DNA of 64,000 nucleotides from positions 23,436,001-23,500,000 of the forward strand of contig JBHGNT010000004.1 in the NCBI GenBank assembly GCA_043228905.1, in the 5' to 3' direction. The position numbers and the translations under genes are program-made. Shown piece by piece: positions 50,005 to 62,240 of the stretch. Position 1 is the stretch's first letter, and each line of letters opens with the position of its first letter. A model generated the notes under the pieces. The model did not search any database and was not told the DNA's origin. It worked only from the letters and a program-made list of their open reading frames with translations. Source of the DNA: Azolla caroliniana. Lineage: Eukaryota > Plantae > Polypodiophyta.

Positions 50005-51370
50005 TGATGTTAGAAGAAGAGTTGGCAAGGGCCAAGGAATTAGTGGCCATTATGGCGAACATGGGCTAGGGAACCAGCACAAAAACGGAGTTGATCAAAC
50101 CGGAAATAACACAGGAAGAGGCTCCGGTGAAAGAAGTAGAACTAGTGGCTAGTACGACACCGAAGAATGAGCGCGAGTGGAAGAAAGAAATCAGAGCGCT
50201 CAAGGAAGAGTTGGTAGTGCACACGACATTGAGAGAGAGAGAGAGAGAGAGAGAAAGAACTACGGAAGACAACCGAGGAAGTGAAACGGAAGACTGAAGA
50301 CAGTCTTCGGAAGATACAAACCAACGATGACCAACTAAAGGAGGAGAAAGAGAATCTGCTGCAAGAAAAAGATAAACTCCGAAGAATGGTGGAAATGGAA
50401 ATTGAGAAGCTCAAGGAAGAAATCTGGCAGTAGGACCAGGACGATTGGCTACAATCGAAAGTCAGCCGACGTTTGAGGCAAAAATAAGAGGATTTCAACA
50501 AGCTGTACTGGGACTACAAGAAGCTAGAAACGGATTATGACTGACAGTAGGAGAAGTTGAAAGAAGTCTGGGCGAAACTCAAGGAGAAGATAGAGGCTCT
50601 AACATCTCAGGAGAAATTGCTAGAAGAGAGAATGGTGAAGTTGATGACCGACGCGGCAAACGAGCGGTCCGAATTTCTTGATACTCAAAATCAAATCATT
50701 GAGCGTTCAAGGACGACATTGGAAAGGGTCTAGACGACATATCATACCCACTTCAAGGATTATGAGGAGCAGGTGGCGACAACGGTGGCATTAATAAAGC
50801 AGATGAAGAAAGACAACAAGGCGGCGGAGGACAAAGTGAAGATGAACATAAAGCGTACCCGGATCATAATCAGAGCTCAATGGGAACGGATGAAGGAGAA
50901 GATGGAGGAGTGCTCCGCGATGATATGGAGCCAATGGGCTAAGCAGGCGGCCGAACTTCTAATTCTTCGAGCTGATGCCGAGAACTGGAAAAAGGACGGA
51001 GAGAATTTCTACAAGATGGATGAAGCTAGTGTGATCATCATCTGGGAGGAATTGTCCGACGACTTTTACGCCCTTGCCGATGCACAAATGGACGCGATCC
51101 GAAGGCTGCTCGAAGGATTCAAGGATGACCAACTACAAACCACATTGGAGTTGGAAGGATATGAACGTGAGTGACGACGAAAGGAAGAGGAGCAAAAGAC
51201 TGACTAGATAAACATCAATGATGAAGAGCAACAGCCGGAACTAGAGCCGGAAACACAAAGAGAGGAGCAGACAGTAGACGTAGGACCGGAGAAACAATCA
51301 GAACAGGAGCAACAACAACAAAGGACAGAAACTGAGGAGGAGCCACTCGAACCCTTGGACCAAAGCATAT
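50005..51370 (+). pseudogene. Disrupted long coiled-coil ORF, probably an LTR-retrotransposon extra ORF
   Basis: E/K/Q/R-rich reading frame of roughly 450 codons, broken by in-frame TAG/TGA/TAA and an (AG)n frameshift; followed by a hairpin, a purine tract and an LTR-like segment. Confidence 0.6.
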
Positions 51371-51467
51371 TGGATATACTCTGAATCATACTCCTAGTGC
51401 CTTGCAATTCAAACCCACATGTTAGCTCCATCAATCTTGGCCCTAGGAGTATGATTCGGAGGAGAAG

Positions 51468-51914
51468 TGTGGACGGGGAAAGAGTTGGAGCGGATGAATA
51501 TTATGTAAATATTAGTTAGTAGTTATTAGGGAAAGGACGGATCTGGATAGTTGTACCGATCTGGATCTGCAACGATTAGTAGTTGTAGAGCCTGTAAGGC
51601 ACCGTTTTGTAATCTGTACTAGATGCCCATTGCCTATAAAAGGATCTGGATTGATGTATGAATCTTACGAAAGTATTAGAAGTTGAGTGTTCTTGCTTTT
51701 AATCTTATTGTTATCTTGTGTACTTGCCGTCTGTTGCATAATTTCTAATCTTATGCGTGTAATTGATATCCGGGTAAGTGTATGGTTCCGGAAAGTAATC
51801 GGATAGTGTTAGGTGAATAAGATCTGGATTATCATCCATATCTCCGACCACCCCTTTGGAGACGTGTTCCGAAAGGACACCCTGTGTTTGTGGATAGTCT
51901 GAACCAGGATAAAC
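51468..51914 (+). mobile_element. Probable 3' LTR
   Basis: TGT start directly after the purine tract ggaggagaag; TATA (cctataaaagg ~51633); ends ...gataaaca. The right boundary is uncertain. Confidence 0.5.
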
Positions 51915-52079
51915 ACTCATTGTGTTTTCCAATCTAAAATTGTATGCACCTTTAGTGGATCCATTGAGATAGCTTCTAATGATACTATGTACATATTCAA
52001 AGAATTCCATGTGGTTGTGATAAAGAATTACATTTCTCAAGTTTGACATGGTTCTTGTAATCAGTGCAGAACTTGGCAA

Positions 52080-54120
52080 ACATGCACCTCATGCTCCTCT
52101 TGAGTCTTGGAGTAGATTCGGATGTCATCAAGATAAAAGATCGTGAATATTTCTAAGAATTCTCGAAAAATATTATTGATCATAAGGTGAAAAATTGTTG
52201 ATGCATTTGTGAGACCAAGAAGCATAATAGTACATTCAAAATGTCCATATCAGGTGCAAAATGTGGTCTCCCATTAATCACCAAGACAAATCCAAACAAG
52301 ATTATAGTCACCACAAAGATCAAGTTTTAAGTGAAGTATTTAGCTTCCACTCTAGCTCTCCAATTAGAGGCAAGGCATACGAATTTCCAATTTCAGTGTT
52401 GTTTAAGCCTTGATAATCTACAACCAAACAAACCAATCCATCTTTCTTCTTAAGAAAGAATATTGGAGCACTAGTAGGAGATCTTGTGTGACGAATGAAT
52501 CTACTTGTCAAATTCTCTTTGGAATCCATTTGCCAAAATCTATTTAATGTATTCTCAAAGAATCTTATGCTTTGATGGTGCTAGGTTATAAATTGTTCCC
52601 CATGGAGGATGTTTTCCTAGTTGAAGATCAATCCGAAATCATTAAGTCAATGTTCTGAGAACATGCCATCCTTTTCCTTATCAAAGACATCTTTGGAATC
52701 TTAATAATTGGTTGGAAGTAAGGTATTCATCCTTTATGGAGAAATTATTGAGATTTCTTAACACAATGGACTTGAGACGTGAGATTAGAGCAACAAGGAA
52801 GTCCAATATGTGGTTTTTCTAGGATTTGAGGATTACTTGTTTTCTTCAATCCATCTCTAGATTATGAAGCTCGAACATCTAAAGGTAGACCGGGGACAAC
52901 TGAATGCTCGAGACTATGGATACTATTGAATGGAATCACACAAGTTTAGACTGACTCGGACTATTTGGTTATGTCTCTAGAGGCAATAGATTGAATATCT
53001 ATGATTGTGATAGATGTTGGATAAGGCAGTTTTTTCAAGAGGATTTTTGTGTTAAGACAAATTTTTAGTCCATAAAGCAAGAATTGCCTCCTTGAACCAA
53101 GGACTTGATGACATCTCGAACTACTAATTTCAACTTGATATGCTACAAAAACCCTACGAACGTAATTCAATGAAATGGAAACATTACTTTCAACCAACTC
53201 TATGAATTCACGATTGTCCAACGAAATGGCTCCTATTTTGGTTGAACTTACTCGTTTAACACTTCATCTAGTTAACTAAGGACTTCAAATCTATTAGAGG
53301 GTGCAAGTCTACTAAGATTGCTAGATGTAATTGTAGAATCGAGATCAAATTTGCTACTCACACTTACTTGGTTAACTTGACATTTGGGTTAATGAGGACA
53401 ATTTATCACTGTCTTGGACCATTGCAATATAAACATAGATTGTTTGCTTTTCATCTTTATTTCATCTTCAATTAATCACCCTTGATCATTGTGTTCAATG
53501 CTTGAGTAAGGATTGAAGATGGAGCTACGATTGTAGATACATAAGTTTGCTCCACCTTTGAGCGTAATATTTGTTTTTCATTCCCAACATCGCTCAAATA
53601 ATTGATTATCACATTGTACCCATTGACTTATAGCCTCTATTAGTGATTTTGAATATTCATGGAAAGTCAAAAGTAAGTCTTGTACGCATTATATCCCTGA
53701 ATGGTACTTATCCATTAAGGCATCTACATCCCAAGGAATGTCAAATGGAAGGAGGCAATCTATTGCATAAGCTAAGGCAAGGTGATCACCATGTCTCAAT
53801 CTGTGAATCTTGTTGTTTGTTGTTCTTACACTATTCATATTCCCAATACTTGCTTGAACTTCTTTGAAGAAACCATCAAACTTTCTTGGTAGGTTGATCT
53901 TTGGTTCCCCAAGAGGGCTTTGGAAACTTGATCCTTGTCATGTTGTGCAGTTGTGTGCTTTTTACACACTTAGTTGTTGTAACTCCCACAATAATCTTGG
54001 GTTTTCTTGCTCCAATGCCACGAATTTGGTTGATAGATAGTCAACTTTAGAGAGAATACTCATGTACTCTTGCTTGTTGACAGACTCAACGACAAAGCTT
54101 GAAAAAAAACTCGAATGAAA
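52080..54120 (-). mobile_element. Degraded chromovirus-type Gypsy element (gag-protease-RT) related to 41164-46839
   Basis: Minus strand: QEYMSILS...KFVALEQENPRLLWELQQ (cf. QEYQSVFS...KFVALEQENQWLLGDLQQ) and RFIRHTRSPTSAPIFFLKKKDGLVCLVVDY...YALPLI. Confidence 0.85.
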
Positions 54121-54304
54121 AAAAGAGATTATTCCATATTTGTTAAAGCTTAGATGGATTCGAATTTCTATAATAAGGGTCATGCATTCGAATCTCCATG
54201 ATGATTATGGTATAATATATTTTATGGTATTTTGTATAGATGTTCATGAGAGATTGAACCAGCTTATTGAGCCTAAACCTAATAGCTTAAGTTGTTTTTC
54301 CCAT

Positions 54305-54790
54305 TCACTTGTTAACCCATAATGCAAAGGAGTAACACTAAGGTGGAAATTTGCTAAAGTGAGTGCCAACAATCCAAAGATTTTCTGGAAGGATTTCTAT
54401 ATGCAATTATTAGTGTCTTTGCCTCTAGAATCTACCACTTGTTAACCCATAACGCAAAAGGTGTGGCATTAAGGTGGAAAGTGCAAAAGTGAGAGCCAAC
54501 AAACCCAAACATTTTCTGAAGGATTTCTATATGCAATTATTAGTTTCTTTGCTTCTAGAATCTACAACGCTTTTAGAGCTTCACATATGCATTCTATCAA
54601 ACATTAGATACTTCGTAGCATTTTTGCAATTTCATTCTATGGACTAATAACGCTTGCCAATTCCAAGTTTCTATAGCCTATCAACACACAATAGGGTCTT
54701 TTCAATTTTCCCGTATATTACTTGTGTTGCATTTATCAACACACAATAGGGTCTTTTCAATTTTTCCTTATATTACTTGTGTTACATTAT
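54305..54790. repeat. Two adjacent tandem duplications (~130 bp x2 and ~56 bp x2)
   Basis: 'cacttgttaacccataa...ctagaatctac' twice; 'tatcaacacacaatagggtcttttcaatttt...tatattacttgtgtt' twice. Confidence 0.8.
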
Positions 54791-55739
54791 TGTTCACTGA
54801 GGGATACTTAGTCATGTAAAACCATCATCATTCAAACACACATCCATTGTTTATAATGGTATTCTAATTTCAAAGAAAGATCTTTAAAGCTATCATTTTG
54901 TTTTCAAAATTCCTTATGGTTTTTACCCATCCCTCTACTATAAGGTATGAGCTACATGGGCCTTGGAAAAGTGGCCCTTTCCCTTTTCATTTCCTAATTC
55001 ACTTTCACTAGCTTCTACCAATATAAGCTTAGAGTATTTCCATTCTTCTAGCTACAATGATGTTTCAGTTCGTTAAGTTTCTTAAGTCTAAGGCAAAGCT
55101 ATAACACATGACATGCATGATTTGCTTGCATATGGTTTCCAAATTGGACACCCATTGATCACAAATAGTATCTCCCCAATGGCCCTTCATGTTTGGAGCA
55201 TCGTTTCCTAACAATGCCTAGGTGTCCATCCACAACCATCTTTTGGATATGGTAGTCCTAAGTTGAACCATCTAGTAACCATAGAACATCTTAGTAAGTG
55301 TTTTACAATCACCAGTCAACCTGTCACTGCATAAAACTGAGACAAAAGCTATATTTCTCATAATATTATACAATAATCTTTTGTTTGTATAATAATTTCA
55401 TTGTTCAATAAACAATTGCTCAATTCCTTGGAAAGAGGATTCATTGTTTTGACAAAAATATCTACCAAAAGAACTTGCATCCTTTGTTTTCCCTTTACTT
55501 TCTTGAATTTCCATTCCATGTTTGTACAATCCGCATCAAGGAAGCAAAAAATACTTCACATCTTGTTCAACTAAGCACTTCAATTTTTCCTTGATAAATT
55601 ACCTAGATCTCCAGTGTAAGAGTTAAAGATAAATTTTGTGATTAATTAGCATTGTATGCTTATTGTTGTATTATGTCTTTACACCCATGCTTTGCTTTCT
55701 TTCATTGTCATATGTGTTGCTTTCTTTACACCCATAACA

Positions 55740-56062
55740 TATTTAGGTAATCACATACATGATTTGAAAGGGTTTGGCCTATCAAATTGTGTCACCGCAA
55801 ATTTATCAAAACCCCTGATGGATAATGTTTTTGAAATATCAAGGTTGGAATGGGACTACATGTTTTCACATCTTACAAAGGTTGTTTTTTTGCTAATATC
55901 ATATGTATTTGCATCTAATCTTTAGGTAATCACATATACAATTTGAAAGAGTTTGGCCTATTAAACCGTGTCAACCCAAATTTATCAAAACTCTTGATAG
56001 ATCATAGTTTTTATATATCAAGGTTGAAATGGGACTACATGTTTTAACTATTACAAAGGTGT
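55740..56062. repeat. ~180-bp tandem duplication
   Basis: 'tttaggtaatcacatat...aaatttatcaaaac...atatcaaggttg.aatgggactacatgtttt' twice. Confidence 0.8.
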
Positions 56063-57329
56063 TCAAATGGAACAAAACATTCATTAATGAATGAATGAGT
56101 GTTAACAACAAACGCAACATGCGCGAAACATCAAGCAATCAAGCAAGAAAAGTGCAAATATAATTCATGCTTGACCTTTTGTTACTACCACCTCACAAGC
56201 ATGTCAACAATTCCTAGGTGGCTACTAAGTCAGTAATGTAATTAATATAAATGGCTACTAAACCAAAGTTCGTCTTTTTAAACTTTCATGGAGGCTTGAA
56301 TAGTCCTAGATGATTATATGCCAATATTTAATGTAGCTCAAATTGTGGAGAGAATTGGATGTTGGAATCGTGATATTCCCAAATATTAAAGCCTTGAGGA
56401 TAGATTAGTTTTACATTCTCAAGCATAGATTATTAAACAATTGTGTCTTCTCAAGGTACACATCACTCAGAGCATGTCTATTGATCAACGGATTTCTACC
56501 TCGATGTCGATATTGTGACTCAAAGGATTCAGACCGTTGTATACTCTATTGGTAGTGAACTAGGCAAGAGTGGTTGTCAATCACTTTTGAGCCTCTAGAT
56601 ATATAACCCTAACATCACGAAATATCACTAACACTTCCTAGAGTTAACTTTTCATTAAGAGACTAATTAAGTCCTAAGGAAAGCTTAAAAAGTGTATATA
56701 TACACATACATATAAGTAAAGATATACCATATATGTGTTAACTTTGACCCCATCTTGATTAATATAAGAGTTCCCAACACACATACAGAAGGAAGAGTGA
56801 TTAAGATATAGCTAACTAATGCTTAACCTTAATCATCCACTCACTTAAATGAAAGATTAAGGAAATGGGGGAGAGCTCAATCTTAGGTAATAGGAAAAGA
56901 GAAAAACTCATGACACCAAAAGTAACTTTCATAGCTTTTTACAATGGGGTTTGGCCTCTTTGTATTGGAGTGACCCTTTTGGCCTAGAGATTTGAAGGGA
57001 GCTTTGTTTTATTCCCCTTTTCTCTCATGTTCCATTGAACTTGGTGTCTACGCTAGTGTCAATGTCATCATGAATCATGTTATGTACGGTGGGTACTTAA
57101 CTCTCGTGTACCTAATACGATCCTCCAATTTGCAGGTACTGAAGATGTCTTCACTTGCTCTCGCGGCTCCACCAAGTTCCTCAATAACTTTGTCAAAGTA
57201 TGTTTGCCCCATTTTTTCTAGTCTTCCTCCTTACCATGTGTGTTCATCTCTATTTTGTTTAGGTTAGTTGTGTTTATCACAATCACTTCCTTCCCTTATG
57301 TTGCTCTTACTTTACAAAAGTATATAAAT

Positions 57330-58990
57330 ACATTACAAAAGTCAAGAATATGTCGAACCATCGATTATCACATCTTGCTTGGAATGTTGGATGTAAGCTA
57401 CAAAAGAATCATAAGAGTAAGATTCTCTCATCCGATTGGGTTGTTGACATAAGGAAATGGTTCAGAAGATGGGGTGTGAATGATCTTTTAGAGCTTTCAG
57501 GCGATGCTATGCATTATGTAATGATTGAGGAAAGGTTGGCGGAATCATTAAGGATGAAGTGGGAAGATGCTAAGAGGACAAAGCTAAAATACTACATTGC
57601 AAATGTCAATCCAGAATGTTGTTCTCAATATAAAGCAAGAATGCCTATGGATCATATCCAACCTTATCTCATTACCAATATGAGTAGTAATGCTTGTAGA
57701 GCCCTTACACTACTTCGTACTCGATCTCACAAGTTAGGTATTAAAGTTGCATCATGGTATCAAAATGTAACAAATTTGAAGACATGTAAAGTATGCAATG
57801 AAGGCATGGTAGAGGAGGAATGTCACTTGCTCGATATATAGTGTAATTCGTTCAAGATATGCTATTAAGAGGGAGTGATAACTTAAGTGGCATATTTAAG
57901 ACACCACCCAGAAGGTTGAGCTCATATGTGTATGCTTTATTCGCACATAGAGACTTTGTGCTTCAATGTACAAATCCCCCTTCTTAGGAAGGAGACACAT
58001 ATCAAGAACACATGTATACTCTGGTCCCATAGGTCAAAATTAACCTCTTTATGAGATGGCTGATGTCGACTGAATGAAGAATTATTGTGTTAAGGATGAG
58101 TGAAGATGGTGGGGAGGGTCGAAGCCAATGTGCAGGAGTGGGTGAGGACATGTTTTAACCTAAGTTTTTGTTGATTATACAGGATATGCGTGGACATTGG
58201 AACCAGGTTAATCGGTGAGATGGCTGATGTCGACTAAAGGAAGAAATATTTGTGGTGAGGATGAGTGAAGATGGTGGGGAGGGTCGAAGCCAATCATCAC
58301 GAGTGGGTGAGGAATTTTTAGACGGATTTTATTCTTATCACAGATTTTTGGGGTTTTTGGGCAATGACGTTAATCGGAGACATGACTGATGTGGGTTAAA
58401 TGAAGCATGGTTGTGATGAGATTATGGTCTAATCAATGTATGGTTGTTCTGAGTTTCAGCTTGAAGAAGACTACGGCCAAGAAGTAGCAGATTACCTCAA
58501 TGGCTTGATTGGAGAGAGCAGTTTTGTATTACCTAAGTGGTACAAAAGGACATTCACAAAGGAAAATTAAAGGCCAAGGAACGGGAACAGCTATTGGACA
58601 ACCAGGTGATAGTGAACAACTTTAGTACATGCGGAACCAAATGCAAACATGGAGTTTTTAGACTACTAGCCATGATTACCACCAACATATGTATTCACTT
58701 GGACCGCAGGAATTTGTTTATAGGTTGAATATGGGTATACTAAAGAGCTTCAGTATATGTGGAATCACATTCAGCCAATGTTGGCTGCAACATGATGTTT
58801 TTTAGAGGCCATAACAAATGCCATCTTTATTTGGTCCCTTTTTATACGATATATACTTATGGAGTGGAAACTATTATGTACAATTTGTAGATTGCCTTTG
58901 GCATTGTTAATTTTAATACCAATGGAGCATATTTTTAAAAAAAAAAAGAAAATTGACCTCTTTATGGACGATAAAAAATTCTAATTCTAC
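57330..58990 (+). mobile_element. RTE/L2-like LINE 3' end with (AATTCT)n tail, interrupted by an insertion
   Basis: LRTRSHKLGIKVASW...CKVCNEGMVEEECHLL C-terminal zinc-knuckle motif; the 3'UTR resumes after 58949. Confidence 0.8.
58054..58948 (+). mobile_element. Poly(A)-tailed, apparently non-coding retroposon with internal ~165-bp repeats
   Basis: 18-bp TSD aaaatt(a/g)acctctttatg (58036-58053, 58949-58966); 3' end ttttaataccaatggag...ttttt(A)n shared with the L1 tail at ~48405-48442. Confidence 0.82.
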
Positions 58991-59220
58991 TTGAGCTCAT
59001 TGAATTCTTTGTGGTTTATCCATGCATGTATGTGTGTACAGAAGTTGTTTGGATCATATGCCCTTGTGTGGGACATGTGTATGGATGGTATGAGTAAAAA
59101 CGTTTTTTGGAAGATGTGCCCTTATGAGGATAATGGTGTATGTATATGTAACAAAACTTGTTTGGATGATGTGTCATCCCGTGAAAAATGGTATATATAT
59201 ATATATATATAGGAAAATAT

Positions 59221-60088
59221 AGGAAAAGTACTAGGATACCCCTGGAAGTTTGTCTATTTACCAGAATGCCCCTAGAAGTTCCAAATTTACCAAGCTACCC
59301 CTATGTCCAAAAAAATACACCTTATAAAGTAATTATACACTCAAATCTGTTGAGAAATCGTTGCGGAATTAATCATAATAAATGAACTACGCACTGAAAT
59401 ACGAATTACAGAAATGCCAGAAAAACAAGATAAACAAGAGTGCACAGAGTAAAATGGGAGAAAACCACGGGAACAGATTCTTCACTATAACTAGTGGATA
59501 TACAATACAGAGATGATTACGACACTCTGTCGAGTGTATCAGCCACACAGGGCTCTTCGCGTCTGCTGTTACTCACACAACTATGGCACGGCTCACACAC
59601 ACACTCTCTGTCTCACTCTTTTCGCTCTATCGCGCATTACAACTTCTGTACACATCATAAAGTTTGCCCTAGTTGCATATATACTTACGCAACTTCCGTC
59701 TATTTACATACGTAGCCCTCATGGGGCGCACTCTTAGACTATTTACAAATATAGTCACCCGAGTTGGCTATATACACAATTTCAGTTTCGGCCAAGGCCG
59801 AGTTCTTCATCAACTCGGCTCCTGTTTTCCGACTCTTCGACTGTCGGCTTTCCGAACATTCGGATCATCCTCCCATTGGAGGGACATATTCCCAACAAAA
59901 TCTACAAGCCCTATTTACCAGAATACCCTTAAAACACAAATTTCTTTACTTAAGAGATTCTTTGGGTCCTTTGTACTTACTTTATAAAGTGTATTTTTTT
60001 GGACATAGGGGTAGTTTGGTAAAATTGGAACTTCTAGGGGCATTCTGATAAATAGACGAACTTCCAGGGGTATCTTGGTACTTTTCCC
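59221..60088. mobile_element. Long-TIR (Mutator-like) MITE inserted in (TA)n
   Basis: ~110-bp TIRs (ggaaaagtac.a.gatacccctggaagtt...cccctatgtccaaaaaaatacac and its reverse complement at the right end); (TA)n on both flanks. Confidence 0.85.
59348..59897 (-). mobile_element. Solo LTR (550 bp) nested in the MITE
   Basis: TGTTG...CAACA ends; TSD AAATC. Minus-strand start tgttgggaatatgtccctcc resembles tgttaggaaacaggtccctcc of the 36994/60143 LTRs; carries ccgtggtttttc. Confidence 0.88.
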
Positions 60089-60142
60089 TATATATATATA
60101 TATATATATGAAATTCACTTCTAATGTGGAATATGGTGTGTA

Positions 60143-60852
60143 TGTTAGGAAACAGGTCCCTCCAGATGGGAAGTGAAAAGAACAATGATGATGAGCAAAC
60201 TCGGCCGAGGCCGATAGGCCTCGGCTGAAACCGGATGTGGAGTATCCGACTACGGAAGACCCGGTGAGAACCGGATGACGTGTACCCGGCAAGAGCCGGA
60301 TGGTGAAGACCCGGTGAGAACCGGATGTGGAGTACTCAGCAACGGAAGATCCGGTGAGAACCAGATGACGTGTGCCCGGCAAGCGGCGGATGATGCAGGC
60401 CCGGTGAGGAGTGCTCACCGGATGAAGGGACATATTCGTAAATATGTTTTTGAGAGTCCATCGGGGCTATATTTGTAAATAGCCGAAAATTCATATTAGT
60501 ATAAATATGGCTTAGGGCAAACTTAGTACTGCTTTTTTGTCATTCTTGTTGGTGCAAGATTAGAGCGCATAACTGTGTACAGAGAGAGTGAGAGAGAGGA
60601 AGAGGTTGTTGCCTGTGGCGAAGATAGCAAGCTCAAGGTCGTTGCTTCAGTGCTTTACTATTGTACATTCTGATATAGTGATAGTTTGCAGTCTGTGGGT
60701 TGGCGTGGTTTTTCCCTAGTTTGGGTTTTCCACGTTAACACCCTGTGTACTCTTCTCTTCATTGTGTCATGCGTTCATTACCCGTTTTCTGTGTTTTATC
60801 CTAGGCTCAATTGTGGGCGAGCGTTGTTCATTGGGAGCGTGTGTTCCTGACA
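60143..60852 (+). mobile_element. Solo LTR (710 bp), same family as 36994-37706
   Basis: TGTTAG...TGACA ends; TGTA on both flanks; same GC-rich repeat units and 3' half. Confidence 0.88.
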
Positions 60853-61091
60853 TGTATGCATATAAGTTGTTTTACATAGAACATTTAATTATGTACATAT
60901 ATATGTATGTAAAGAAGTATTATGGATGATTTGTCTTGGCTCCTTTGGGTTTCTCTAAAGATCCCAATAAGTTTGAGGTGTATAAACTCAAGGCAATCAA
61001 TAATTGTACGATCATGAATCATTTTTTTTCATTGTTGGTAATATGATGCATCTACTTTTTTTTGCTTAGTAAGATTGTGGATCTACATTTC

Positions 61092-62240
61092 CTTGTTTTT
61101 TTTAAAGTCAAGATTCACCTTGGTATTAATGAAAATATGCCTAAAGGCTACAAAGAACCCATACAATAATATAACCCTCCTACCCACACCAATCAACATG
61201 TCTAGTAGCAGAAGCCCTCATGCAGGATCCTTCCAAGATGGGGGGCGGAAAAAGGCATCTTGGTGGAGCATATCTCCACTTTATTCTCTTCCCAAAAATG
61301 ATGAAGACCTCTACATTTTTCCAAATTTCTTGAAAACGTTGTTGGTTACGAAACATAACATCTTAGAGTATGCAAGAGCATCAACCATATCTCCTTGACT
61401 AACTCAACCGCATTCAATTTGACTTTTTGAAATACACATTTACATCTTGCCTTCCATAATATACCTAAACTACTAAAGAAGATATCATAGACCAAACTTT
61501 GTTCTGTTCCAAACAACAGATTGGTTTAGTATAAGAGACCTCCAATACATGTCTTCCATCGGAGAGGAGAAGAAAATCAACATACTACTTTTCATAATTC
61601 CGTATTTTGTCAACCAACCTTCCCCATCTCACAAAACCCCATGTGTACATCTGTTTACCATAAATATGATACAAAATTCTCAACATTCTTTTCCATATTG
61701 CTCTAGCAATAGAACATACCCATAAAACATGGTGAACCGTTTCACTGGGAAAACCACAACTATCAGATTTTAAATCATGGCAATGCCCCCTCATCCATGA
61801 CTTCACAGGAATGCCATAATGTACCAACAACTATTGAGACAATACAACTTTTTTAGGAATTTGCATGGCCCATAGCCATTTCCAATAAGCATCCAACCAA
61901 GAGTATTGTACATTACCCAATCTCCAAAATTTACACGCTGCTGGAGTCACGACCACACGTCTTTGTAGTAATTATCTACCCATTTTTGCTGAGTACTGAA
62001 AAAATGGGATTTGCTTACCTAGCATTCCTTGCACTGATATGATTATTATTTCCACTCACTAGGATCCCACAAAAGGTGATCAATGGGCTTATTCTCGTAG
62101 ACCAATAATTCAGATAAAATGTTTATATCATTTGGATGAGGATTCAACATCGATTTTTTATCATTCTTCCACAATATATGAACAGGCAACATATTCCCTT
62201 GAGTTACAACTTTGTCTTCCATAAAGATAGAAGAATGAAG
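61092..62240 (-). mobile_element. L1-like LINE 3' portion (family of 19857-20436)
   Basis: Minus strand: LLWDPSEWK, CGFPSETVHHVLWVC, WGFVRWGRL, YAPPRCLFPP; T-run at ~61092-61102. Confidence 0.85.
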
